Part shown: positions 10,906-20,554 of the stretch, piece by piece
Layout: each line of letters opens with the position of its first letter
How positions within the stretch are numbered: position 1 is the first letter of the stretch
Origin: Candidatus Latescibacterota bacterium
GTDB taxonomy: Bacteria > Latescibacterota > UBA2968
DNA: 64,000 bases
Assembly: GCA_965204375.1 (NCBI GenBank)
Contig: OZ241986.1
Coordinates: 1,344,001 to 1,408,000 of the forward strand
Direction of reading: 5' to 3'
Notes under the pieces: generated by a model
What the model saw: only the letters and a program-made list of their open reading frames with translations
Database searches by the model: none
What the model was told of the DNA's origin: nothing
Program-made: the position numbers and the translations under genes

Positions 10906-11295
10906 ATGGATATCAGAGCGGGGCTTAAACGCCCAAAAGTCGACGTTCACTGCCATGTATCTACCCAACCGAATTCGGATGCTTCTGCAGATTCTCTCAT
11001 CGCCAGCGGAGATCCCGTCGGCGTCACAGAATACTGGTGTTCTCGCCCTATTGGTGGCGGCCGCATAGCCTCTGTAGATGAAGTCCGCAACTGCAACGAC
11101 GGCGTCCTGCGCGCTGCTGAATACCGCCCGCACCACATCCGGGGCCTGTGTTACGTCATTCCAGGTTACGGAAACGAGGCCGTTGCCGAAATCGAACGCT
11201 GTCTGGCCGCTGGCATGGTCGGTATCAAGCTCTACAACCAGTACAAACTCTGGGACCCCGCTGTCTGGCCCGTGCTCCAACTCGCGGCGGAATGA
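10906..11295 (+). pseudogene. Truncated amidohydrolase-2 family gene (N-terminal about 129 aa only)
   Basis: AAGGAG RBS; DVHCH and GMVGIKLY motifs present, but the ORF ends at TGATGA before the later metal ligands; full members are about 270-300 aa. Confidence 0.7.
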
Positions 11296-11298
11296 TGA

Positions 11299-12186
11299 AT
11301 GAAAAAAGGAGGGTTGATGTCGAAGAAAGGTTATCGAGTGGATTGTCACACACATCTCTGGCGCTATCCGGGTGAGTTGACCGATGAATTGGCGCGCGAG
11401 ACTTTTATTATGCGCAATCAAGAGGTGGATCTGGATATCACACCCGATATGCACGTGGCTGCCGTGGCAGAGGTGGATTGCGCTATCGTGTTCGGGCTGC
11501 GGGCGCCGCTGACCGGGTTTCTGACTGTCAACGATACGGTTGCAGATTACGTACACACCCATCCGGAGAAGCTAATCGGTTTTGCTTCGATCTGTCCGAC
11601 GGAGGACAACGCGCTTGAGGAGGTGGAGCGCGCGGTCAAAGAGCTGGGGTTGCGGGGTCTGAAGATGAGCCCGATCTACGGTGGATGGGACCCGCTGGAT
11701 GCAGGTGCGCTGGCTATTTTTGCCAGGGCAGAGGAGTACGGGCTGCCCATTATGTTCCATCAGGGAGCGACTTTTCCGCGCAGGGCACCGCTGAAGTATG
11801 CGAATCCCGTTCTGCTGGAGGATATCGCGCTCCGGTTTCCAGATTTGAAGATGATAATCGCCCATCTGGGGCATCCCTGGGAGGCGGAGACCATTGTCCT
11901 GATTCGGAAGCAGCCGAATGTGTTTTCGGATATTTCGGGTCTGTTCTACCGGCCCTGGCAGTTTTACAACTCGCTGCGGCTGGCGGTTGAGTACGGGGTT
12001 GTAGATAAACTACTATTTGGAACAGATTATCCTGTAGCCACTTTTGAGGAAACAGTGGAAGGATTGCACCATGTGGTCCGGCTTTCCCAGGAGATGCGAC
12101 TGCCTCCGCTGCCGGAAGATCTGCCGGACCAGATTCTGTACCGCGATACTCTGAGTCTGCTGGGGCTTTCTGATACTGCGCCCTGA
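11299..12186 (+). CDS. Amidohydrolase-2 family metallohydrolase/decarboxylase
   Basis: DCHTH, GLRGLK, MFHQG, AHLGHP, LFGTDYP; start may be ATG 11317 after AGGAGG. Confidence 0.9.
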   Translation: MKKGGLMSKKGYRVDCHTHLWRYPGELTDELARETFIMRNQEVDLDITPDMHVAAVAEVDCAIVFGLRAPLTGFLTVNDTVADYVHTHPEKLIGFASICPTEDNALEEVERAVKELGLRGLKMSPIYGGWDPLDAGALAIFARAEEYGLPIMFHQGATFPRRAPLKYANPVLLEDIALRFPDLKMIIAHLGHPWEAETIVLIRKQPNVFSDISGLFYRPWQFYNSLRLAVEYGVVDKLLFGTDYPVATFEETVEGLHHVVRLSQEMRLPPLPEDLPDQILYRDTLSLLGLSDTAP

Positions 12187-12222
12187 TGAAAGAACGGTAT
12201 TCAATTCTGTGGAGGATGTGAA

Positions 12223-14247
12223 ATGGCTGATATTATGCTTGCAAAAATCGATCTTTCGGGCTGTCCGGAGGGGAAGGTATTCGACTGGCCAGAACTGGAT
12301 TGGACCATTGAGGACCGTCACTTCCCCGACTGGGAGTGTCCTCTGGCCAGAATACGGGATCAAGGACGCGGCCCAAATAGATCCAGTACTTTTCGAGTAC
12401 TGGATGAGGATGGCAGGCAGGTGCTGGACCATGTCGATATGACCGACCGGCCGCTGGTTGTGGGCGATTTTCTGTGGAGAGACTATGCGGTGGAGGCATA
12501 TGTCCGCCATATGTCCGCTACCAGTGAGCCGAACTCGGACGATCCGTACTGCTTTGTGGGTCGGAGCGGGTTGATGTTCAGGTACCGGACGCTGAGGCAG
12601 TACTATTTCTTTTGCATCGAGGGCTACGACCGGCTGGTGCTCTACCGCCGTGAGCACGCGCACTGGCATGTGCTGGGCGAGGTGGCCGTGCCAGTGGACC
12701 GATCGCGTTATCACCATATGAAGGCCGAGTGCCGTGGGGACCGGATCGTTTGCAGTTTCAATGGGCGGCAGTGTCTGGTGGCGAACGACAATGTCTATCA
12801 GACCGGGCGGGCGGGCATTCGCACCTGCACGCGGGCGAGGTTCTACGATGTCAGGGTGACGGCTACGGCCTCACAGAATGCCGCGTTTGTCGATACGCGG
12901 AGCCGCTATGAAAAGGAGGTAGCGGCAGAGCGGGAGAAGTATCCGAAGCCCGTTTTGTGGAATGAAATCGATCCCAGGGCCTTTGGCGGAGGGGTGCCCA
13001 TATTCGGGGATATCAGGGGCCAGAAGGAACTGCTGTTGTTCCAGGATCCCTCAAATGGAGAAGACGCTCCGCGGATCCGGTCGGTGAGCCTGGAGGGAGA
13101 ACAGGTGTGGGAGATGGAATACCCAAACCTGAAGACCGTCTCTCCAAAGCGGACGGTGATACAGGACATCGATGGGGACGGCGTAAACGAACTGGTGTCG
13201 GCCGGCGGGAACCGTCTGTCGATCGTAAATGCGATGACGGGAGAATTGAAGGCGGAGGCACCACTGCCCGAACCCGGACCGTTTCTGGTGCCCCGCGGAC
13301 AGCCCCTGACAGATGAATATCTCCATGTGCAGCGGGCGATCATCCCCTGCAACCTGCGGGGAAATTCCAGCCCACGGGACTTCATCCTCAGGGATGGCGT
13401 ATCGGGGGGAAGCGGATGGACGATCTGGGCCTACGACGAGCGGCTCAACCTGTTGTGGCAGCAGCGCGCGGATGCGCCCTGGTACGGGCATTCCATCTAC
13501 TTTTACGATGTAGATGGGGACGGTCGGGACGAGGCGCTGTCCGGATATCATCTCTACGACGACGACGGAAGCCTGATCTGGCGGGTGGAGGGTGCCGAGT
13601 ATTTCGAGATGAACGACCATGTCGATAATGTCGTTTTTGGAGAGATCGACGGAGACGAAGGGAATGGGCCTAAGATCGGCATTGCCGGTAGCAGCGAGGG
13701 GTTCCTTCTGGTCGATGCGCGCGACGGTCGGGTGCTTCGGCAGCACCAGATGGGACACACCCAGGATGTGTATGCGGGCAATTTCAGGCCGGACCTGCCC
13801 GGGCTGGAAATGTGGGTGGGCGACCGGTGGGACGCCTATGGACTTCTGGTGCAGTTCAGCAGGACGGGAGATCCGCTTCTCTCCCTGGAACCCGACAACG
13901 TCAGTCAGTCCGGGCCTGCGGTGAACTGGGGTGGAGATGGGCAGGAACTGTTGTTGTTGAGCACATCGGTGCGGGCACTGGGAATGTACGATGGGTACGG
14001 GCGGAAAGTCGTGGAATTTCCGGGAGATAAGCCGGCGGTTCCTCCGGGGAAGCCGTTCTGGCGTTCCTGGATCACGGCGCAGCAGATGGACCTGACGGGG
14101 GACGTCCGGGATGAGGTCGTATTGACCCGAGATGAGGTCATGTATATCTATACGCAGGACACGCCCTATCCCATAGGTGAGAAGATCTATGCGCCGATCC
14201 GGATGGGGCATCTCTCCTCCCCAAACTGGCAGGTCCATAAAGAATAA
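12223..14247 (+). CDS. Hypothetical protein: lectin-like N-domain plus Ca-binding beta-propeller (rhamnogalacturonan lyase/FG-GAP-like)
   Basis: GGAGGA RBS; DIDGDGVNE, DVDGDGRDE, DLTGDVRDE repeats; GHTQ...GNFRPDLPGLE segment. Confidence 0.65.
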   Translation: MADIMLAKIDLSGCPEGKVFDWPELDWTIEDRHFPDWECPLARIRDQGRGPNRSSTFRVLDEDGRQVLDHVDMTDRPLVVGDFLWRDYAVEAYVRHMSATSEPNSDDPYCFVGRSGLMFRYRTLRQYYFFCIEGYDRLVLYRREHAHWHVLGEVAVPVDRSRYHHMKAECRGDRIVCSFNGRQCLVANDNVYQTGRAGIRTCTRARFYDVRVTATASQNAAFVDTRSRYEKEVAAEREKYPKPVLWNEIDPRAFGGGVPIFGDIRGQKELLLFQDPSNGEDAPRIRSVSLEGEQVWEMEYPNLKTVSPKRTVIQDIDGDGVNELVSAGGNRLSIVNAMTGELKAEAPLPEPGPFLVPRGQPLTDEYLHVQRAIIPCNLRGNSSPRDFILRDGVSGGSGWTIWAYDERLNLLWQQRADAPWYGHSIYFYDVDGDGRDEALSGYHLYDDDGSLIWRVEGAEYFEMNDHVDNVVFGEIDGDEGNGPKIGIAGSSEGFLLVDARDGRVLRQHQMGHTQDVYAGNFRPDLPGLEMWVGDRWDAYGLLVQFSRTGDPLLSLEPDNVSQSGPAVNWGGDGQELLLLSTSVRALGMYDGYGRKVVEFPGDKPAVPPGKPFWRSWITAQQMDLTGDVRDEVVLTRDEVMYIYTQDTPYPIGEKIYAPIRMGHLSSPNWQVHKE

Positions 14248-14261
14248 CAAAGGAGATATTG

Positions 14262-15539
14262 ATGGGAAAGCTGGCATTGATGGGCGGTCCGAAGGCGGTA
14301 ACGCTCGACAGAAGGAAGTTCGCGGTTCCCCCTGTGAGCGAGGAGGCGATTGCGGCGGTGGTGGAACTGATGCGCAGGGGCGAGACCTCCACTTCACCAT
14401 TGGTCGCCGAATTCGAGCGAGAGTTCGCCGATTACGTCGGCTGTGAATACGGGCTGGCGCTTACCAGCGGTACGGCGGCGCTTCACACGGCCCTGTTCGC
14501 GGCGGGCGTGGGTCCCGGCGATGAGGTGATTGTTCCCTCCTATACATTTATTAGTACAGCGACGACGGTGCCGGCTCTGGGGGGTATCACCGTCTTCGCC
14601 GATGTAGATCGCGATACGATGAATCTGGATCCCGCCGACATCGAGCGGAAGATTACGGGGCGGACCCGCGCGATCGTGGTCTGTCACGTCTGGGGTAATC
14701 CTGCGGATATGGAACCGATTTTGAAACTGGCGCGCTCACAGGGGATCGCCGTGATCGAGGACTGTTCGCACGCCCACGGGGCCACCTGGCAGGAGAAAAA
14801 GGTCGGTTCGGTAGGCGCTGTCGGCTGTTTCAGTTGCCAGGGCTCCAAGCTAATTGCGGCGGGGGAGGGCGGTGTGCTCACGACGAACGACCGCGACATG
14901 TACGAGCGGGCTATCGTGCTGGGCCGCCCGGAAAAGCGCGCTGAAATCCGCGAGGAGTCCTGGACGAAGCGTTTCGCCTTCACCGGGGTGGGCTTCAAAT
15001 ACCGGCCCCACCCGCTGGGCATTGCAATCGCCCGCGAGCAACTTCACCACCTGGATGAGATGAATGAAATCCGCGACCAAAACGGTGCGGTCCTGGACGC
15101 TGGCCTGGCAGATGTGGCTGATGTGGTGCCCCAACGGGTACTGCCGGGTTGCCGGCGCGTGTATCCTTACCACTACATGCGGTATGATCCGGACAAGCTC
15201 GGAGGTGTCTCGATGGAGACCTTCCTGCGGGCGCTCGCGGCGGAGGGTGTGGGCACCGGCCAAATCAGGTACGGACATTTGCACGGGAACCCGCTTTTCA
15301 CGGAGGGATTTCCCTATGGTACGAAGCGTACGGCATCGAGCGTGCTGGGGCAGGAGACACCGGAGTTTGCCAATGGTCCGCTTCCGATGACAGAACATCT
15401 TAGGGAATATTCCTTCCGCGCGGCTCCCCGGCTCGAAACAGAGTGCAGGGAACTAATCAACCAGTATCTGGATGCCTACCACAAGGTGGCTTCGGCCGCC
15501 GATGAACTCCTGACTTACGAGAGAGAGCACCACCCTTGA
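14262..15539 (+). CDS. DegT/DnrJ/EryC1/StrS PLP-dependent aminotransferase
   Basis: SGTAAL, GPGDEVIVPSYTF, EDCSHAHG, SCQGSKL (PLP lysine), GEGG. Confidence 0.92.
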   Translation: MGKLALMGGPKAVTLDRRKFAVPPVSEEAIAAVVELMRRGETSTSPLVAEFEREFADYVGCEYGLALTSGTAALHTALFAAGVGPGDEVIVPSYTFISTATTVPALGGITVFADVDRDTMNLDPADIERKITGRTRAIVVCHVWGNPADMEPILKLARSQGIAVIEDCSHAHGATWQEKKVGSVGAVGCFSCQGSKLIAAGEGGVLTTNDRDMYERAIVLGRPEKRAEIREESWTKRFAFTGVGFKYRPHPLGIAIAREQLHHLDEMNEIRDQNGAVLDAGLADVADVVPQRVLPGCRRVYPYHYMRYDPDKLGGVSMETFLRALAAEGVGTGQIRYGHLHGNPLFTEGFPYGTKRTASSVLGQETPEFANGPLPMTEHLREYSFRAAPRLETECRELINQYLDAYHKVASAADELLTYEREHHP

Positions 15540-15599
15540 AGTGAATCCCGGAACAGTGTTCAATGGCAGAAAAACCGCAATCCGATTCCGGAGCGTTCT

Positions 15600-16532
15600 A
15601 TGTCCAATATCCAGACCCATATCTCTCCAGACGATGTCCAGCAGATGGGGGACGCCGATTTGAAGCTGATCGATAGCCACCAGCACGTTTTTTGGCACGG
15701 GCGCGATGACGCCGGACTAATCGCCGATATGGACCAGTACTGTATTGAGAAGGCCTGGGTGTTGACTTCGGAGCGGCCGGCTTCTATCGCGAAGAGCCTG
15801 GCACCGTATGATCCCCGCTGGAAAGGTGGTGATGACAATGCGCCCACGCTCCCGCTGGACGGCGTGATCGAGGCCTGCCGTCGGTATCCAGATCGATTGA
15901 TTCCGGGGTACTGCCCCAATCCACTGGATCCGAGGGCGATTCAGAAGCTATCGGGAGCGATCGACATCTTTGGGATTCGGGTGCTGGGGGAGTGGAAGTT
16001 CCAGACATTGTTCGATGACCCTCGCTGTATTGAGATGTTTCGATTCGCAGGCAGCAAGGGCCTTCCCGTGGTTCTCCACCTCGATATCCCGTATGTTCCG
16101 CCCAAAGGTGGAACATACGATCCGAATTGGATAGGCGGAACGATTCACAATCTCGAGCGGGCACTGGTCGCCTGCCCGGATACGATATTTATTGGGCACG
16201 CACCGGGGTTCTGGCGGGAGTTGAGTGCCGATGCCGACGAGTATCCCCAGGTGAGTTTCCGCGACCCGCTGGTGCGTGGTGGCAGACTGCCGGATATGTT
16301 TGACCAGTATGCGAATCTGCGTGCCGACCTTTCGGCTGGCAGTGGATTAAGAGCGCTCACGGCCGATCCAGAATTCTCCCGAGAGGTGCTGATTGCGTAC
16401 GCTGATCGGTTCTTGTTCGGCCGGGACTACTATGGCGGCGAGTTACTCGCGTTTCTGGGCAGTCTGGATCTTCCTGAGGATGTGTGGCGAAAGATCGGGC
16501 GAGAGAATGCAGAGGGGCTTGTTTCTGTTTAG
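15600..16532 (+). CDS. Amidohydrolase-2 family protein
   Basis: DSHQH, GEWK, LHLD, IGHAPGFW, DLSAGSG, LFGRD. Confidence 0.85.
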   Translation: MSNIQTHISPDDVQQMGDADLKLIDSHQHVFWHGRDDAGLIADMDQYCIEKAWVLTSERPASIAKSLAPYDPRWKGGDDNAPTLPLDGVIEACRRYPDRLIPGYCPNPLDPRAIQKLSGAIDIFGIRVLGEWKFQTLFDDPRCIEMFRFAGSKGLPVVLHLDIPYVPPKGGTYDPNWIGGTIHNLERALVACPDTIFIGHAPGFWRELSADADEYPQVSFRDPLVRGGRLPDMFDQYANLRADLSAGSGLRALTADPEFSREVLIAYADRFLFGRDYYGGELLAFLGSLDLPEDVWRKIGRENAEGLVSV

Positions 16533-16592
16533 TCCGATTTCATCCCGCGCGACCATATTTTTATCAGGCAGGATTTTCAGGATTGATCAGCA

Positions 16593-18614
16593 ATGACCAT
16601 GCAAGAACCTCTCGGGCAACTTGACTCTCCCGAAAGAACCAGACCCATGACGCGCGCCGTGCTTTTCGGCCTCGGTCTGGTCGTCGGTATCGATGTGCTG
16701 GCTATCCATGTGAAATACTTGCTCCCCCGCGGCCCAATGATGGCTTATAGCCATGTGCCAATGGTCGTGCTAATCGGTTTTGTCCTGATGCTCCTGGTCG
16801 GAGCAGTTGTTGCGCGTAGAACGAGGCAGCCACTGTCGCCCTCGGAATGGCATACGATTCTGGCGATGGGAATAGTCGGAGCAGCGGTCCTGTTCTACGG
16901 GTATTCCGGCTACCTCATTTCCTACATGGGCGCGCCGCACTACTTCGCCACGGGTGAAAACGAATGGGCCAATTATCTGCATCCCTACATTTCAGAGTGG
17001 CTGTTTCCCGAGAATGAAGAGCAAGCGGTGACCTGGTTCTGGGAGGGACTACCCAGAGGCGCACAATTGCCCTGGGGGAAGTGGATCTTACCCCTGTTCT
17101 GGTGGGGCGGATTGACCGTTGCTGCTTTTGTCCTCTATGCCTGCGTCACCACCATCTTCCGCAAACAGTGGATACACCACGAAAAAGTGGCCTTTCCGGC
17201 TATGGCTCCGCTGGTCGAAATGGCCTCCAACCCGGGAGATGGAAAGGGATTTCTCCCGGCATTCACGCGGAATACCCTCTTCTGGATTGGCTTCTGGATC
17301 GTCTTCGGGATGATCGCTTGGAACTGTGTCAATTACTTCATCCCTACCTTTCCCCAATTCCCCATCTACGCGCAAGGCAGTGCGGCACACCAGGGAGGGC
17401 GATGGATCTGGATCGATCGAAATTTTCCGCCTATCTACGGCATCCTCGATATTTTTACCATCTGCTTTTCCTATTTCGCAACTGTGGAAGTTCTGTTCAG
17501 CATCTGGTTTTTCGATTTACTCTTTATTCTCGAAGGGGGCCTGCTCAACCGGATCGGATTTGTGGCTACTTCGCCCTATTACTACTCGGGGGTCTGCTCA
17601 TGGCAGACGAAGGGAGCCTTCTTCTTTCTGGTGCTTTCTACCATCTGGGCGGCGCGTTCGCAGATCCGGGATGTGTTTTGGAAGGCACTTGACTCCCAGG
17701 CCCCGGTTGACGATAGGGACGAACCGCTCTCCTACCGCACGGCTGTTGCAGGGTTGGCTATCAGCCTGATCTACATCTGGGTCTGGTTGGTCCGGATCGG
17801 ATTCGATCCTTTCCAGGCAGTACTGCTGATCTTTGGGGCGATCTTCACCTATTTGGGACTGGCGAGAATCCTGTCTGATACGGGGTTGCCTTATGTCAAC
17901 GCCCCCGTTTGGGGAGGGTGGGGACTGGTAAGCCCCTTTCTGGATGGGGAATCCATCCACGCGAGCACCCGGGTGGCCGCACGGACCTCGGGCGTCCTGT
18001 TGTCCAATTTTAAGGGATCCTTCTTACCCGCTCTCAGTCAGGTCGGACGGGTGGCTGAGGGTGTGCAGGTGGAAAGCCGGCGACAGCTCACAGGCGCGAT
18101 TTTTCTGGCTTTTGTGACGAGTGTGGTCACATGCGTGTTGGTGACACTTTATCTGGGTTATCGACACGGCGCACTGAACTTCACAGGTTGGGTAGCTATC
18201 AGATCCGGCAATCCGCACTACGATCGCACCGCGAAATCCGTCAGATCCTTTCTGATGCAGGATACCGATGCACCGATCTTCATAGAACATCCCGACCAGT
18301 TCGCCTTTTTTGTGCTCGGCGCGCTGGCTACTGCATTGCTCTTCCTGCTCAGGCGTCGGTTCCCGTGGTGGCCTCTTCATCCGGTGGGTCTCACCATTTC
18401 GGGATCCTTCCTGGCTCGACGGACGAGCTTGACGATTCTCGTAGCCTGGCTGATCAGATGGATTGCCGTAAAGGTAGGGGGCGCATCCTCGTACCAGAAA
18501 TCCCGACCCCTATTTCTGGGCTTGCTCGTCGGCTATGTCCTGGGTGTCGTGTTATCGCTCTTCATTGACCTGATCTGGTTTCCCGAGCAGGGCCACATGG
18601 TCCACCGGCTTTAG
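16593..18614 (+). CDS. Polytopic membrane protein (DUF6785/DUF6784-like, putative transporter)
   Basis: Many hydrophobic helices; RKQWIHHEKVAFP, WWPLHPVG and PLFLGLLVG segments characteristic of this family. Confidence 0.7.
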   Translation: MTMQEPLGQLDSPERTRPMTRAVLFGLGLVVGIDVLAIHVKYLLPRGPMMAYSHVPMVVLIGFVLMLLVGAVVARRTRQPLSPSEWHTILAMGIVGAAVLFYGYSGYLISYMGAPHYFATGENEWANYLHPYISEWLFPENEEQAVTWFWEGLPRGAQLPWGKWILPLFWWGGLTVAAFVLYACVTTIFRKQWIHHEKVAFPAMAPLVEMASNPGDGKGFLPAFTRNTLFWIGFWIVFGMIAWNCVNYFIPTFPQFPIYAQGSAAHQGGRWIWIDRNFPPIYGILDIFTICFSYFATVEVLFSIWFFDLLFILEGGLLNRIGFVATSPYYYSGVCSWQTKGAFFFLVLSTIWAARSQIRDVFWKALDSQAPVDDRDEPLSYRTAVAGLAISLIYIWVWLVRIGFDPFQAVLLIFGAIFTYLGLARILSDTGLPYVNAPVWGGWGLVSPFLDGESIHASTRVAARTSGVLLSNFKGSFLPALSQVGRVAEGVQVESRRQLTGAIFLAFVTSVVTCVLVTLYLGYRHGALNFTGWVAIRSGNPHYDRTAKSVRSFLMQDTDAPIFIEHPDQFAFFVLGALATALLFLLRRRFPWWPLHPVGLTISGSFLARRTSLTILVAWLIRWIAVKVGGASSYQKSRPLFLGLLVGYVLGVVLSLFIDLIWFPEQGHMVHRL

Positions 18615-18653
18615 GTCTCGCGTTTTCCAACGCGAGTATCAGATGCATACAGC

Positions 18654-20381
18654 CTAATCCAGCGTCCTCCGTATAGGCATGATTTCTCCTTCTTTGATCA
18701 CCAGTATTTTGTTGGAAGATATTTCTTCGATTCGATCCACTCTTCCCGATGGCCATCGGACCTCTACGAGGTCTATCCGTTTCCGCTTTCCCAATCCAAA
18801 GTGCAACCGCAGGTCGTTGGCCGATTGGTAGCTGGCCGCGCTGTGTAACTCCTTTACCTGCCGCAGATCGCCGGATATCACGGTTACCCGTGCCCCAATT
18901 CCGTCCCGATTGGAAAGGTTAGCGTTTTTTGTTACTTCCGGAACACTTCCTCCTCCAATTAGTCTCACCATCAGCCAGTTGTTCCGGTTGCCTCCTTCAT
19001 TCCGCAGCAGATCTGGTCGGTCGGCGACATTGGCCACCAGCAGATCGATATCGCCGTCGTTGTCGATATCCCCCGCAGCGGTTCCACGGCTCGATTTGAA
19101 GGTACTCAAACCAGGGCCAAAGCGTGCCGAAGCATCCGCGAATTGCCCGTTGCCCGTATTTTCGAAGAGCTTATTGCGCTGTTTGTAGGGAGACTCATCA
19201 GAGATAAGCTCGATGTTGTCCAGGACATGCCCGTTCGCGGCAAAGGCATCGGCATCTCCATCGTTGTCCGCGTCTAAGAAGACCAGCCCAAATGTCAGAT
19301 CATTCAGTGTTGAGGCCAGGCCTGCTGTCTTCGTCGCATCCGTAAATGTTTCATCTCCGTTGTTCAGGTAGAGGGTATTCGTTTCCGTTGATAGGTGTCC
19401 AATCAGGATATCCGAATAGCCGTTCCCATCTACGTCTGCAATATCTACTCCCATTCCCGCTTCGGCATGGCCCATCTCGTTGAATGACACGCCGGACAGC
19501 AGGGCGATTTCTTCAAATGTTCCGTCTCCCAGATTGGCAAAGAGGTAGTTCTCCATCGAATCGTTGGCCACATATATGTCCAGGTCCCCGTCGTTGTCGT
19601 AGTCGGTGCCCACCACGCCCAGTCCTCTCGCTCCCGGTCGGTAGATGCCGGACTCGCGGGTTACATCTGTAAAGGTTCCATCTCCTTCGTTCCGGTAGAG
19701 TACGTCCGGAACTCCCGGGTAGATATCCGGGTGGCAATAGCCCAGCGTAGTTGTCCCGGGTATTCTGCAGTCTCTATCGTTTTCCAGAGTACAATCGATG
19801 TAGTTGAGCAGATAGAGGTCCAGGTCTCCATCCCGGTCATAGTCGAGAAACATGGCGGTACTACCCCAGCGCTCATCTCCCACTCCGGCCCGGGTGGTCA
19901 CATCCGCAAAGGTTCCGTTGCCCTCATTGCGGTAAAGCACGTTGGGGCCGAAGTTGGTCACATAAAGATCCAGGTCTCCGTCGTTATTGTAATCTCCCAC
20001 CGCACATCCCAGACCGTAGCCCGGATTGCCCGTTGCTGATACTGCCGTCACATCCGTGAACCGCCATTCTCCGTCGTTTCTGTAAAGCCGGTTGGTCGGC
20101 GTCACCGTTGTCTGATAGCCCGGCAGCGGTGCGCCATTGATCAGGTAGATGTCCAGATATCCGTCGCCATCGTAATCGAATAGCCCACAGCCAGGGCCCA
20201 TTGTCTCTACTTCGTACTTCCTTCCACTGGCTCCGTTGACGTGGACGAAGTCAATGCCCGCCTGGGCAGATACCTCCACAAATTGCACCTCCTGGCACCA
20301 GACATCGAAGCCCCAGAAGAATAGAACGATTACGGTGCAAAGTTTCATCTTTTTGTATTTATCGAAGGCGTTCGGTTTCAT
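18654..20381 (-). CDS. CRTAC1-family protein (FG-GAP/VCBS repeats plus ASPIC/UnbV domain), secreted
   Basis: Repeated DYDxDGxLDxY motifs; C-terminal NRDGIGARV...LHFGLG...VRWPSG; signal-like N-terminus (start may be 20348). Confidence 0.92.
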   Translation of the reverse strand: MKPNAFDKYKKMKLCTVIVLFFWGFDVWCQEVQFVEVSAQAGIDFVHVNGASGRKYEVETMGPGCGLFDYDGDGYLDIYLINGAPLPGYQTTVTPTNRLYRNDGEWRFTDVTAVSATGNPGYGLGCAVGDYNNDGDLDLYVTNFGPNVLYRNEGNGTFADVTTRAGVGDERWGSTAMFLDYDRDGDLDLYLLNYIDCTLENDRDCRIPGTTTLGYCHPDIYPGVPDVLYRNEGDGTFTDVTRESGIYRPGARGLGVVGTDYDNDGDLDIYVANDSMENYLFANLGDGTFEEIALLSGVSFNEMGHAEAGMGVDIADVDGNGYSDILIGHLSTETNTLYLNNGDETFTDATKTAGLASTLNDLTFGLVFLDADNDGDADAFAANGHVLDNIELISDESPYKQRNKLFENTGNGQFADASARFGPGLSTFKSSRGTAAGDIDNDGDIDLLVANVADRPDLLRNEGGNRNNWLMVRLIGGGSVPEVTKNANLSNRDGIGARVTVISGDLRQVKELHSAASYQSANDLRLHFGLGKRKRIDLVEVRWPSGRVDRIEEISSNKILVIKEGEIMPIRRTLD

Positions 20382-20427
20382 AAAGCGGTTGCCTTTAGGC
20401 CAAATAACAGATAGAATGAATAAAATA

Positions 20428-20468
20428 AATTTAGATTACAAATATATGCAAATCAAGTTTTCAATAGG
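20428..20468 (-). promoter_or_regulatory. 41-bp repeat copy 1, containing a sigma70-like promoter (TTGATT-17 bp-TAAATT) facing the CRTAC1 gene
   Basis: AATTTAGATTACAAATATATGCAAATCAAGTTTTCAATAGG, identical to 23826-23866; -35 at 20451-20456 and -10 at 20428-20433 on the minus strand. Confidence 0.75.
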
Positions 20469-20554
20469 TTTGCATCGGGTATGTATTGCGAGGCTCAAAC
20501 AAATGCTCGAGTGTTCCGATCAGTTTTTCACCTGAAGAAACACGGAGGTGTGAT

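Noticed and set aside
11293-11298. Selenocysteine read-through at TGATGA
   Set aside because: No redox motif context; the downstream ORF is a separate complete protein with its own RBS and N-terminal motif.
13051-14400. 449-aa minus-strand ORF (also 2191-3267, 35865-36815 and 51127-52236)
   Set aside because: Antisense shadows of well-supported plus-strand genes; no motifs recognised; expected in GC-rich coding DNA.
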